In this document: positions 17,510 through 25,098 of the stretch, piece after piece
Numbering within the stretch: the first letter of the stretch is position 1
How the letters are laid out: the number at the start of each line of letters is the position of its first letter
DNA from: a virus
Taxonomy: Duplodnaviria > Caudoviricetes
Virus record (IMG/VR): IMGVR_UViG_3300022697_000096
Location: 1-32,826 of that record
Reading direction: 5' to 3' (one strand)
DNA length: 32,826 nucleotides
Made by a program: the position numbers and the translations under genes
The notes under the pieces: generated by a model
Database searches by the model: none
What the model was told of the DNA's origin: nothing
What the model saw: the letters and a program-made list of their open reading frames with translations, nothing else

Positions 17510-18070
17510 ATGGCAGGCAACACCAACATATTAACGCGGTGGTTGCAGGGGCCGGGGCAATTGGTTCCCAAGGGCAACCAGCAGATCGACGCGATAAACA
17601 ACCTCAGACGCGGGCCGATTGGGTCAGAGGAGGTACTCTTTTCATCTGTGCAAGCCGCGCAGATTTATCACGTCCACCAGGTGCACAACAACTACTTGTC
17701 ATGCTCAATCGCTGTAAACGATACGAATAACCCCGGCATTTCACCGATTCTAGTGAATATCGCCAAGATGCCGGAGATGCAGCAGTCCGAATACGACGGG
17801 CTGACGGTAACGGACCCCACCGATACAACGGTGACGTGGACGTTTAGCTACACAGGAACCCAGCTACGAACGGTCACTGACGCAAACGCCAACACGGAGG
17901 ACCAGGTGGTGGTGCCGCGGTATATCCCGGTAACTGGGAGCTGGCCGGGGTCTAGGATAGTCGCCCTGTCTATGGCAAGCGTAACGATAAAAGACGACAG
18001 CAACAATGATATGAACGTGTCGCTGATAGAGGTCGGTAACCGTGCATGGGCGAAGAAACCACTTGTTTGA
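17510..18070 (+). CDS. Hypothetical tail-region protein
   Basis: In the operon; AGGT RBS. Confidence 0.65.
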   Translation: MAGNTNILTRWLQGPGQLVPKGNQQIDAINNLRRGPIGSEEVLFSSVQAAQIYHVHQVHNNYLSCSIAVNDTNNPGISPILVNIAKMPEMQQSEYDGLTVTDPTDTTVTWTFSYTGTQLRTVTDANANTEDQVVVPRYIPVTGSWPGSRIVALSMASVTIKDDSNNDMNVSLIEVGNRAWAKKPLV

Positions 18071-18093
18071 TTTAGTCTGCCGAAGAGATAAAA

Positions 18094-18936
18094 ATGGCTG
18101 GATTTGATGCAATAGAATCAAGCGGGTTTAACGCATCCGTCGCGTCGGGATACGACGCCAGGGGGATAGCAGACCCCGGCGACTTGTGCATCCTTCACTC
18201 ACGGGTCTTGTTGCAAATTTCGGGCGTCAACAGCGGCAGGTGCTCGGGATGGTCTTCGTTGAGCGTGGACGGGACGTATATCTTGTACAAGAACATAACC
18301 GCTTTTGGAGCTTGCGGATATGGTCTGCCAATCCCCGAGTCTCACGAAATAGTAATCGGTGGCGTTCTGTCTGGCGAGACGTTCAAGATATCAATAGGTG
18401 GTAATGTCATCGTTTCGCATACAGACACAACAGGAATCATTCAGGATACAAGAATAGCATTATCTCTTGGATGGAACGCATCGGTTGACCCACTGGCAAG
18501 CACAATAACAGCCTCAGGTAAGAGCGGAACCGCAGACACTATATCTTTAGTTGGCGATCAACCAGCAGAGCCGTTTGGAGGTCTTGTAACAATCAATTCC
18601 CCCGGCGGTGAAGCTTTGTATAGTCACAGCAAAGTAGAAAACCCAGAGCCGAATACAAAGACATACGCGACACTGACGGCGACAGGCGGCAAATACCAGT
18701 CATTGAAAGCACAGTTAATCGTAAGCAGGTTGGGGTCTCCACCAGCTGACAATATACTAAACTTGACTATGGACCTGATTGATCCAGACATAGGTACGCC
18801 CAACACAGCGCCCTTATTCTTTTCAAACCCTATTATCAAAGCAAATTTCGGAGAACCGATGGACAACGAGCTTGCGTGCACAGGTGACAACGCATCCTCA
18901 AGCGGGCAAGCCATAGCGACATTCCTAGGCATCTAA
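18094..18936 (+). CDS. Hypothetical tail-region protein (possible receptor-binding)
   Basis: Visibly more AT-rich than its neighbours; the central domain resembles the N-terminus of the next ORF. Confidence 0.65.
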   Translation: MAGFDAIESSGFNASVASGYDARGIADPGDLCILHSRVLLQISGVNSGRCSGWSSLSVDGTYILYKNITAFGACGYGLPIPESHEIVIGGVLSGETFKISIGGNVIVSHTDTTGIIQDTRIALSLGWNASVDPLASTITASGKSGTADTISLVGDQPAEPFGGLVTINSPGGEALYSHSKVENPEPNTKTYATLTATGGKYQSLKAQLIVSRLGSPPADNILNLTMDLIDPDIGTPNTAPLFFSNPIIKANFGEPMDNELACTGDNASSSGQAIATFLGI

Positions 18937-18949
18937 AGGACAACCTATC

Positions 18950-20194
18950 ATGGCTGACATATTCTGGCTCGGACAATCAACGGCGGTGGCTCAGGTAGAT
19001 ACCGTGCAGATCACCGCGTTTGACGCGACGACCACCTACACATTAACGGTGGGTGGCCACACAGTATCAGTGGTCGGCACTACCGACGTAAACACAACGG
19101 CGGCTGCGTTGCAGGCGGCATGGGCGGCCGACACCCACCCCTACGTGGCGGCGGTCACGGCGACGGTGGTTACCGACACCGTAACGCTAACCGCAGCCAC
19201 AGCTGGCGTCCCGTTCGTGGTCACGTCAAGCGTGACGGGCGGTACCGGAACGATCGGTGCGGTGACATCCGTCACCGCTAGCAGCGGGCCAAACCATTGG
19301 GACGACGCCAATAACTGGTCGGCCGGCGTTGTCCCCGTAAACTCCGATACTGTCAGCGTCCTTGACTCGGCGGTTGATATCCTATGGGGCCTTGACCAAT
19401 CGGCGCTGACCAACCTTGCTAGCTTGGCTATCGAGCAGAGCTTCACCGGCAAGATCGGTCTGCCCTCTAACGTGTTCACCACCAGCACCACCACCACGGC
19501 AGCCAAGCCAGAGTACAGAGACCACTACCTGAAAATCCCCACCACCGCGCTTGACATCGGCGAGGACTTTGGCCCCTTTACCCAAGCCGGTTCGGGCAGG
19601 ATCAAGATAGACCTGGGCACCTTCGCGGCACAGGCCACCATCCACAACACGTCCAGCAGCAGCACAGAGGCGACACTACCGGCGGTTAGGCTGCTAGCCA
19701 ACAACGCGGCAACAGACCTTTTTGTGAGGTCGTCGCCTGGCGGTGTGGGCTTTGCCATGGACGAGGCCAACGAGACCACGACCATCGGCGATGTGTCGGT
19801 TGACGACTCTAGCGATACCAGCAGGGTGAGCCTAAGCGACGGGGTTACGCTGACTAATTGGACACAGCTTGGCGGCTCCAACGTGTTGCAAGCGGCGGCG
19901 ACGGTGACCTTGGTCTTGGCTAAGGGTGGCACGCTCTTGATTGAGGGTACCGCGGCCATCACCACCATGAGCCTGCGTTCTGGCGGTGCGCCTACCGTCA
20001 TTTGCAACACGACCGGGACTATTACGACGCTCAACTGCGAATCGGGCATCATCACGTTCAACGGGTCTTCGGCTACCCGCACTGTGACCACGCTCAACAG
20101 CAACGGCGGCGAGTTTAGCTACAACCCCAACCAGGTCACTGTGAGCAATGTCCCTGCAAGCAACGTGGCCATCAAGATATCACCGGCGGCTTAA
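18950..20194 (+). CDS. Thr/Ala/Val-rich virion protein, probable beta-helix spike/fibre
   Basis: AAGGA RBS; HWDDANNWSAGVVP motif and repeated (T/V)TTL...GG beta-solenoid-like units. Confidence 0.7.
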   Translation: MADIFWLGQSTAVAQVDTVQITAFDATTTYTLTVGGHTVSVVGTTDVNTTAAALQAAWAADTHPYVAAVTATVVTDTVTLTAATAGVPFVVTSSVTGGTGTIGAVTSVTASSGPNHWDDANNWSAGVVPVNSDTVSVLDSAVDILWGLDQSALTNLASLAIEQSFTGKIGLPSNVFTTSTTTTAAKPEYRDHYLKIPTTALDIGEDFGPFTQAGSGRIKIDLGTFAAQATIHNTSSSSTEATLPAVRLLANNAATDLFVRSSPGGVGFAMDEANETTTIGDVSVDDSSDTSRVSLSDGVTLTNWTQLGGSNVLQAAATVTLVLAKGGTLLIEGTAAITTMSLRSGGAPTVICNTTGTITTLNCESGIITFNGSSATRTVTTLNSNGGEFSYNPNQVTVSNVPASNVAIKISPAA

Positions 20195-20216
20195 GCAACC
20201 ATTGAAAGGGCACACA

Positions 20217-20597
20217 ATGAAACTAAACACAAAGACGGTCATAGGCGGATTGGCGTGGGCTATGGCGGCGGTGCTAGCCCTAGGCGGCTGCCAGGCGTTG
20301 CAGGGGTTCATCGATAGCCCGGCGTCGGCGGACGCTATCCAGAACGCCGGGGACATTGCCAGCAGCTTCGTCCCCGCACCGTTTGGCGGTTTGGTCTTTG
20401 CGGCGTTTACTACCGGGGCAGCGTTGCTGCGTGCACGCCACAACCGAAAGGCGGCTAAGAACATCGTGCTATCGGTTTCAGATGTTGTTAAAAATGCAAC
20501 AACTGAGCAGCGCGACCGGATCGCCAGGGCACAGAGCAAGGCCGCGTCACGTATCGTCGACCAGTCCCAAGGCAAGATACGCGGGGGGATTATTTAA
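20217..20597 (+). CDS. Lipoprotein with a second hydrophobic segment (lysis position)
   Basis: MKLNTK + hydrophobic stretch + LALGG-C lipobox; then FVPAPFGGLVFAAFTTGAALL and a basic tail. Confidence 0.65.
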   Translation: MKLNTKTVIGGLAWAMAAVLALGGCQALQGFIDSPASADAIQNAGDIASSFVPAPFGGLVFAAFTTGAALLRARHNRKAAKNIVLSVSDVVKNATTEQRDRIARAQSKAASRIVDQSQGKIRGGII

Positions 20598-20869
20598 TGT
20601 CACCAAGCCAGCTAGCGATGAGGCAGATCGCGGTCCCGTCGTGGTTAGCCACGGTAGCGGCCACCGCGTTCATGGCCACGATCCCGGCCTACGCGGTGCT
20701 CAAGCAGGACGTGGCGGTGCTCAACGCCAACGTGGACCGCCTAGTCAGGGCGTCGGACGTCCTCCACGAACACATTGCTGATCCAAACTACCACGCCTCT
20801 CTCGAGGCAAGGGTAAACGGTATCGAGCGCACTATAGACCGGATAATGACCAACACCCCGGATCATTGA
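20597..20869 (+). CDS. Single-TM coiled-coil protein (holin/spanin-like)
   Basis: WLATVAATAFMATIPAYAVL followed by heptad-like sequence (VAVLNANVDRL, LEARVNGIERTIDRI). Confidence 0.6.
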   Translation: MSPSQLAMRQIAVPSWLATVAATAFMATIPAYAVLKQDVAVLNANVDRLVRASDVLHEHIADPNYHASLEARVNGIERTIDRIMTNTPDH

Positions 20870-20870
20870 C

Positions 20871-21155
20871 ATGCAACCGCCAGGCGGTGAGTTCCTCCAA
20901 TACGGTATCGCCGGTGGCATCCTATTCGCTGGCCTTGTGCTGGTCCGTGAGGTTTTGGGATACGCAAAAAGCACGCGGTCCAAAGACGTCAGCGACCTAA
21001 GGGACTCGTTCGAGAAGTGCACGGTTGAGCTTGCCCGGCTCAATGAGCGGATCGCCGGGATGAACGCCAGGGCTGACCTAAACACAGACGCCGTTAAGGA
21101 GCTGACCTCAACAGTACGCGGCATCGGCTATGGAACAGGCGGCGTTAGGACGTAG
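20871..21155 (+). CDS. Single-TM coiled-coil protein (holin-like)
   Basis: FLQYGIAGGILFAGLVLV followed by coiled coil; resembles BhlA/UviB-type holin architecture. Confidence 0.6.
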   Translation: MQPPGGEFLQYGIAGGILFAGLVLVREVLGYAKSTRSKDVSDLRDSFEKCTVELARLNERIAGMNARADLNTDAVKELTSTVRGIGYGTGGVRT

Positions 21156-21157
21156 GG

Positions 21158-21427
21158 CTAGTTGCCCTTCTGCTTGTGCTTGATGTGCTTGGCCTCCATC
21201 TCGTCTAGGGACTGCCCGGCACTCTCGACCATCCCAAAGCAGGTCATCTTCATAAGATACTCACCGGCCATCGAGAACAGCTTGGGGTCCACCTGGGCGA
21301 CAAGGTGGGGGTCTTCATTGAGGTTGATGCCCGTGAGCATGGCGATCATCTCAAACCGCAGGGCACGCTGGCCGGTGTTGTCACCGTTGTCCGGGATCAG
21401 GTCGATATCAGTGATGCGGTCGGTCAT
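21158..21427 (-). CDS. Hypothetical protein
   Basis: Perfect AGGAGG RBS on the - strand upstream of ATG; converges on the late operon with a 2-nt gap. Confidence 0.7.
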   Translation of the reverse strand: MTDRITDIDLIPDNGDNTGQRALRFEMIAMLTGINLNEDPHLVAQVDPKLFSMAGEYLMKMTCFGMVESAGQSLDEMEAKHIKHKQKGN

Positions 21428-21556
21428 ACGATCCTCCTATCTAGGCTATCCGTCACACACGGGCGAAAAATACACGGTCGTCTATTGATTAACGCGACAA
21501 CTAGCCACCGGCGGCTACGATAGTGCTTAACCCGTGAGGCCAGAAGGACACGGCCT

Positions 21557-21769
21557 ATGACCGATCCCACCCCCGCAAGCCAAACAACGAACCTGGAAAT
21601 AGACGATTCGGAAGTCCAGGCCATGGGGCCGTTGGATGTCCAGGTCGTGGACACCCTGACGGTCGACGGCCAGCCGTGCGACCTGTGCATCCTGTCCGAT
21701 TCAAGCAGGCTCATCATCAGTTCCCAGATGGTAAGGCGGCTGTTGGGGGCACCGGCTCTTGTTCCTTGA
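21557..21769 (+). CDS. Small hypothetical protein, loosely like the N-terminus of P63C-domain proteins
   Basis: AAGGA RBS; acidic, protein-like sequence LTVDGQPCDLCILSDSSRLIISSQMVRRLLG. Overlaps the 3' end of the opposite gene. Confidence 0.45.
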   Translation: MTDPTPASQTTNLEIDDSEVQAMGPLDVQVVDTLTVDGQPCDLCILSDSSRLIISSQMVRRLLGAPALVP

Positions 21770-22526
21770 CGACGGCTTGCTTACGCCGGGTTTTGCTTGC
21801 CGCCTTCTTGATGATCTTGCGTGCAGCCTGGGCCTCGGACCCTTCGGTGGCGTCGCGCTTCAAGACCTCGCCCAGCAAAGCACGCAGGTCTTCGACCGAC
21901 ACACTTGAAGCACCCGGAAGCCGCCTGATCTCACGGCGGATCGCCTTGAGGATAACGTCGGTGCTTATCAATTCCGCGACGGTAAAGCGGTTAACGACCT
22001 GCGTGTACTGATGGTATTCATCGATCGCCGCCTTTGCTTTCGATAACCCCTCCCTGCACAAGATGTATAGGCGGTCCAGGTCATCCTCGTTGCGCGGGCC
22101 AGTCTCGACCATATTGATGGTGCATATATGGTCACAACCAATAGGCGATTCGAACTTGATCTTGTAGACTTCCCAGACAATCCCGTTGGTGAGCACCACC
22201 CAGGGGATACCCTGATTGGCCCCGTAGTTGGTTGCCTGGCGCAGGTGGTTTTCTTTGAGGTTGCGACCGATCGCCTTGACCTCGACCAGGTACTTGATGG
22301 ACCCGCCGATCTTCACCGCCAAATCACAATACGTCCCGCGGATCGACTGCTCACTGGTCACCTCAAGGTACTTGTCAAAGCCAAACACCTCGCCCAGCAT
22401 GTCCGCGACGATGGTGACCGTATCGGATTCGTTCACATCACGGCGCTTGGCATCTTCGAGCACCTTCTTGAATAGGCTAATACTACTGGATAGACGCCGT
22501 TCAACTCGCTTGGGGATTCTTACCAT
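21717..22526 (-). CDS. Type I restriction HsdR N-terminal-like PD-(D/E)XK nuclease
   Basis: NESDT, CDLAV, LVEVK, QATNY, VVLTNGIVWEVY. No helicase domain. Confidence 0.85.
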   Translation of the reverse strand: MVRIPKRVERRLSSSISLFKKVLEDAKRRDVNESDTVTIVADMLGEVFGFDKYLEVTSEQSIRGTYCDLAVKIGGSIKYLVEVKAIGRNLKENHLRQATNYGANQGIPWVVLTNGIVWEVYKIKFESPIGCDHICTINMVETGPRNEDDLDRLYILCREGLSKAKAAIDEYHQYTQVVNRFTVAELISTDVILKAIRREIRRLPGASSVSVEDLRALLGEVLKRDATEGSEAQAARKIIKKAASKTRRKQAVVKEQEPVPPTAALPSGN

Positions 22527-22540
22527 GGGTTAGTTACCGC

Positions 22541-22816
22541 CTATTTCTTGGTGTTAAGGGCAATGAAGATCACGAGGCAGATCACCGACGCCATCGCGAA
22601 AGTGGCGGTTTCAATCCTCTGGCTGGGACCGGATAGATAACTGCCGTATGCAGCAACCCCCAACAAGATCACGCCCAGCAATGACAGGATTCGCCCGATG
22701 GACTTGCCCGCCGTGTGTCGGGATGCTTCCTGGGGGCTACCGCAGCCTGGGCAAGCCTTGGCGTTGGCGGAGATTTGTTTCGAGCAATCCGGGCATGTGA
22801 TTAGTTTTCCTGGCAT
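22541..22816 (-). CDS. Zinc-ribbon membrane protein
   Basis: CPDC..IS..AKACPGCG plus two TM segments; AAGGAGG RBS. Confidence 0.8.
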   Translation of the reverse strand: MPGKLITCPDCSKQISANAKACPGCGSPQEASRHTAGKSIGRILSLLGVILLGVAAYGSYLSGPSQRIETATFAMASVICLVIFIALNTKK

Positions 22817-22838
22817 GACGCGGCCTCCTTGTTTCTAT

Positions 22839-23099
22839 CTACCTACTTGCCTTGACCTGGTTGGAGTGTGCCCAGATCAGGGCGATCAGCCACAGAATAC
22901 CGAACGTAAAGACACCCAAGAATCCGCATAGCCGTATCGCGTCGGCGCTGGGGTGGCCCCGCTTCTTGGCGATCCTTCCGGGGATAATCCCGATCAAGGC
23001 GATAATTACCACAACCCCAACGAGCAAGGCAAAGCCCAAGGCGCCAGCAATGAAGAGGTCCGCTTCATTCTGCCCTAGTAACAGTAACTGATTCATCAC
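22839..23099 (-). CDS. DUF3302/Imm superinfection-immunity-like membrane protein
   Basis: IIPGRIAKKRGHPSADAI...GILWLIALIWA; AAGGAG RBS. Confidence 0.75.
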   Translation of the reverse strand: MMNQLLLLGQNEADLFIAGALGFALLVGVVVIIALIGIIPGRIAKKRGHPSADAIRLCGFLGVFTFGILWLIALIWAHSNQVKASR

Positions 23100-23119
23100 G
23101 TCGTCTCCTTGTTTTCGCC

Positions 23120-23443
23120 TTAGCTAGCACCCTTCTTGGTCTTCTTCTTGGTCACAACGATCGCCAGCGTCGGCTTGGCATCAGTTGATTTGAGTTTGTC
23201 GTACATTTCCTTTGACGCTTGGTATACGGTTCCTGCCCCGCCTCTCACTTCACCTAACTTTATGCAATCTATGAACTTCTGTTGATCGTCGTCGTCCATC
23301 ATCAAGAAGCTAAAGCAAGCAGCGGATATAGCTATCCATTTATCACCACGGTATTTCTCTGTTGCCAGTTCGTCGATCGCGTCAGCGAGCGACTCATAAA
23401 CCGTCGAGCTCCATTTCTTTTTTCGTTCCATGGAACAAATCAT
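23120..23443 (-). CDS. Putative immunity repressor, ribbon-helix-helix-like
   Basis: CI position at the divergent switch. KKKWSSTVYESLADAIDELATEKYRGDKWIAISAA fits a strand-helix-helix pattern; no HTH or S24 peptidase motif seen. Confidence 0.5.
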   Translation of the reverse strand: MICSMERKKKWSSTVYESLADAIDELATEKYRGDKWIAISAACFSFLMMDDDDQQKFIDCIKLGEVRGGAGTVYQASKEMYDKLKSTDAKPTLAIVVTKKKTKKGAS

Positions 23444-23467
23444 AAGCGCATAGACCTCCCATAGTTA

Positions 23468-23552
23468 GAATAAACATGGAATAAAATGAGAATAAAATTA
23501 ACCAGAATGGGTTGACGTCCCGATATATTCTGTTATTATTCCCTATATATTC
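23468..23552. promoter_or_regulatory. Divergent switch region: operator array and rightward promoter
   Basis: GAATAAA at 23468, 23479, 23490; TATTC at 23526, 23537, 23548. TTGACG (23512-17), 16 nt, TATTAT (23534-39) with extended -10 TG. Confidence 0.75.
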
Positions 23553-23569
23553 TTTACTAACGGAGCGCA

Positions 23570-23842
23570 ATGATGCCCTTTCACGTTTCCGACGAACAAA
23601 TAGAACGCAGGCTTGATGAGCTAGCACTCATACAACCGGCCCGCATAAGCAAATCTTCATTCACAACCGCCATACTCCGACGCGCTGTATCGATGGCGGA
23701 CGAGGATTTCAACGACTGGCTATACGCACCGACCCAAATTGAACCCCAAACCTCCCCCCCTCACCCCGACCCGCTTCCGGTGCTTCCGGGGGCTCCGGGG
23801 GCTCCGGGGGTAACACAAACCGTAGAGGTTCAGCGTTCATAA
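23570..23842 (+). CDS. Cro-position regulator, ribbon-helix-helix-like
   Basis: GGAG RBS; MPFHVSDEQIERRLDELA...ISKSSFTTAILRRAV; Pro-rich tail with PGA repeats. Confidence 0.55.
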   Translation: MMPFHVSDEQIERRLDELALIQPARISKSSFTTAILRRAVSMADEDFNDWLYAPTQIEPQTSPPHPDPLPVLPGAPGAPGVTQTVEVQRS

Positions 23843-23902
23843 CCACCATGCTAACGCACGGACGGTCCACGGGTGTGGACAAACCGGCAAGGAATGCCAC
23901 GG

Positions 23903-24484
23903 ATGCAACAGACCATGCTAGCCCAAACACTCCAGAAGCTGATCGACGACGGGCAGACAAGCGCCCAGGAACTGGCCCAGGTATCGGGCTACGCCACCAA
24001 CACCATCTACAAGTGGTTAGCCGGTGGGTCGGACATCCGCATCGACGCCTTGTGTTCGTGGCTGTGGCACCACCCCAACCCGCGGGTCCATCAAACCCTG
24101 ATGTCGGTGATCAGCCGTGGCCGCGCCACGATCCGCCAGGAATTTACCGACGCACAGTTGGATCACGACGGCGACGGGGATGTTGACCTGGACGACGCGG
24201 TGGATAAAGCCATTGAGGCCCAGTCCCAATCAATCAAGTACCTGACGCTGCTGCGTAACGCCCACCGCAAGGGCCGTGTCACCCGTGACCACCTGATGGA
24301 CCTCAACGAAAGCCGCGTCTCCGTGCGCTACTCATGGGACGTGGTAGACGCCATTGCCCAGCGAGAGGCAGCCAAGCACGCCAATCGCCGCAAGTGCGGC
24401 GGCGGCCACACCCATAACACAAACGGTGATTCCTCCACCCCGGCCCGGTTGGCACCCCCCCTGCCAGCCCGGTCGGGATTTTAA
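23903..24484 (+). CDS. CII-position XRE-type HTH regulator with EF-hand-like loop
   Basis: HTH SAQELAQVSGYATNTIYKWLAG; loop DHDGDGDVDLDD; C-terminal helices with KGRVTRDH, similar to the DGxIT motif of 186-CII/YmfL-like proteins. Confidence 0.7.
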   Translation: MQQTMLAQTLQKLIDDGQTSAQELAQVSGYATNTIYKWLAGGSDIRIDALCSWLWHHPNPRVHQTLMSVISRGRATIRQEFTDAQLDHDGDGDVDLDDAVDKAIEAQSQSIKYLTLLRNAHRKGRVTRDHLMDLNESRVSVRYSWDVVDAIAQREAAKHANRRKCGGGHTHNTNGDSSTPARLAPPLPARSGF

Positions 24485-24499
24485 CCACGAAAGGTTGGC

Positions 24500-24736
24500 A
24501 TGTTTTCTGTTCAGCAAAAACGTGACATTGCGGATCAGGTCCAGAAATTCCTGCGGTCCACCAACCACCGTGAGCTTCCTGAAGGTGAAATCAAGTTCCA
24601 CCTGCATGTTAACGGCGCAGAGTGTTGGTCGTGGGCAAACATATTCAACAACGGATCGGTGCCAACCCCTTCAGTAAATCCCTTCAATGAGATCAACGCA
24701 CAACGAGCGAAAGGTGAAACCACATGCCACGGCTAA
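24500..24736 (+). CDS. Hypothetical protein
   Basis: AAGGT RBS; in the early operon. Confidence 0.7.
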   Translation: MFSVQQKRDIADQVQKFLRSTNHRELPEGEIKFHLHVNGAECWSWANIFNNGSVPTPSVNPFNEINAQRAKGETTCHG

Positions 24737-25098
24737 GCAACAACGAATACTACAGGGTCTGCAATTGGATCAAAGACAACGCGTATAATTACGAGGGGGC
24801 GCACATCGACATCCTGGTTTTGGACATCCGCATCGAGCTTTGCGTGATGTTGTCCGCAGCACAGCTAAAGGCACTCATTGGCAAGCTGGGCATCGACCTG
24901 AAGATGGCCAAGGCCGCCAGGAAATCAATCGCTAAAGACAACAGTGAAGTGATTAAACAGTTGTGCAGGTTGGTGATTGAATTGCGTGACCGGACGGCCA
25001 GCGTACTGACCGGTGGCATGGTTGCGGTCCCGTCCCAGGTGCTCCACGCAGCGGCATTACATGAACTCCGCAGCGATGAAGGTGAGGTGGCGTCATGA
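24724..25098 (+). CDS. Hypothetical protein
   Basis: AAGGTG RBS; coupled to both neighbours. Confidence 0.7.
   Translation: MPRLSNNEYYRVCNWIKDNAYNYEGAHIDILVLDIRIELCVMLSAAQLKALIGKLGIDLKMAKAARKSIAKDNSEVIKQLCRLVIELRDRTASVLTGGMVAVPSQVLHAAALHELRSDEGEVAS

Noticed and set aside
1-20194. Diversity-generating retroelement or invertible tail-fibre cassette
   Set aside because: No reverse transcriptase or invertase, and no near-identical TR/VR pair with adenine-specific mismatches was seen; the 11529/11831 duplication differs at all base types.
21717-22526. Complete type I restriction-modification system
   Set aside because: Only the nuclease-like N-terminal domain is present; no helicase motifs and no hsdM or hsdS.
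23440-23460. Mini-ORF Met-Arg-Leu-stop overlapping the repressor start on the - strand
   Set aside because: Only 3 nt from GGGAGG, too close for efficient initiation; probably incidental.
23770-23880. PGA-encoding 9-bp repeats and hairpin GTCCAC-GGGT-GTGGAC as a nut/tR1 analogue
   Set aside because: Position between cro and cII is suggestive, but there is no boxA, no U tract and no N-like gene, so support is insufficient.
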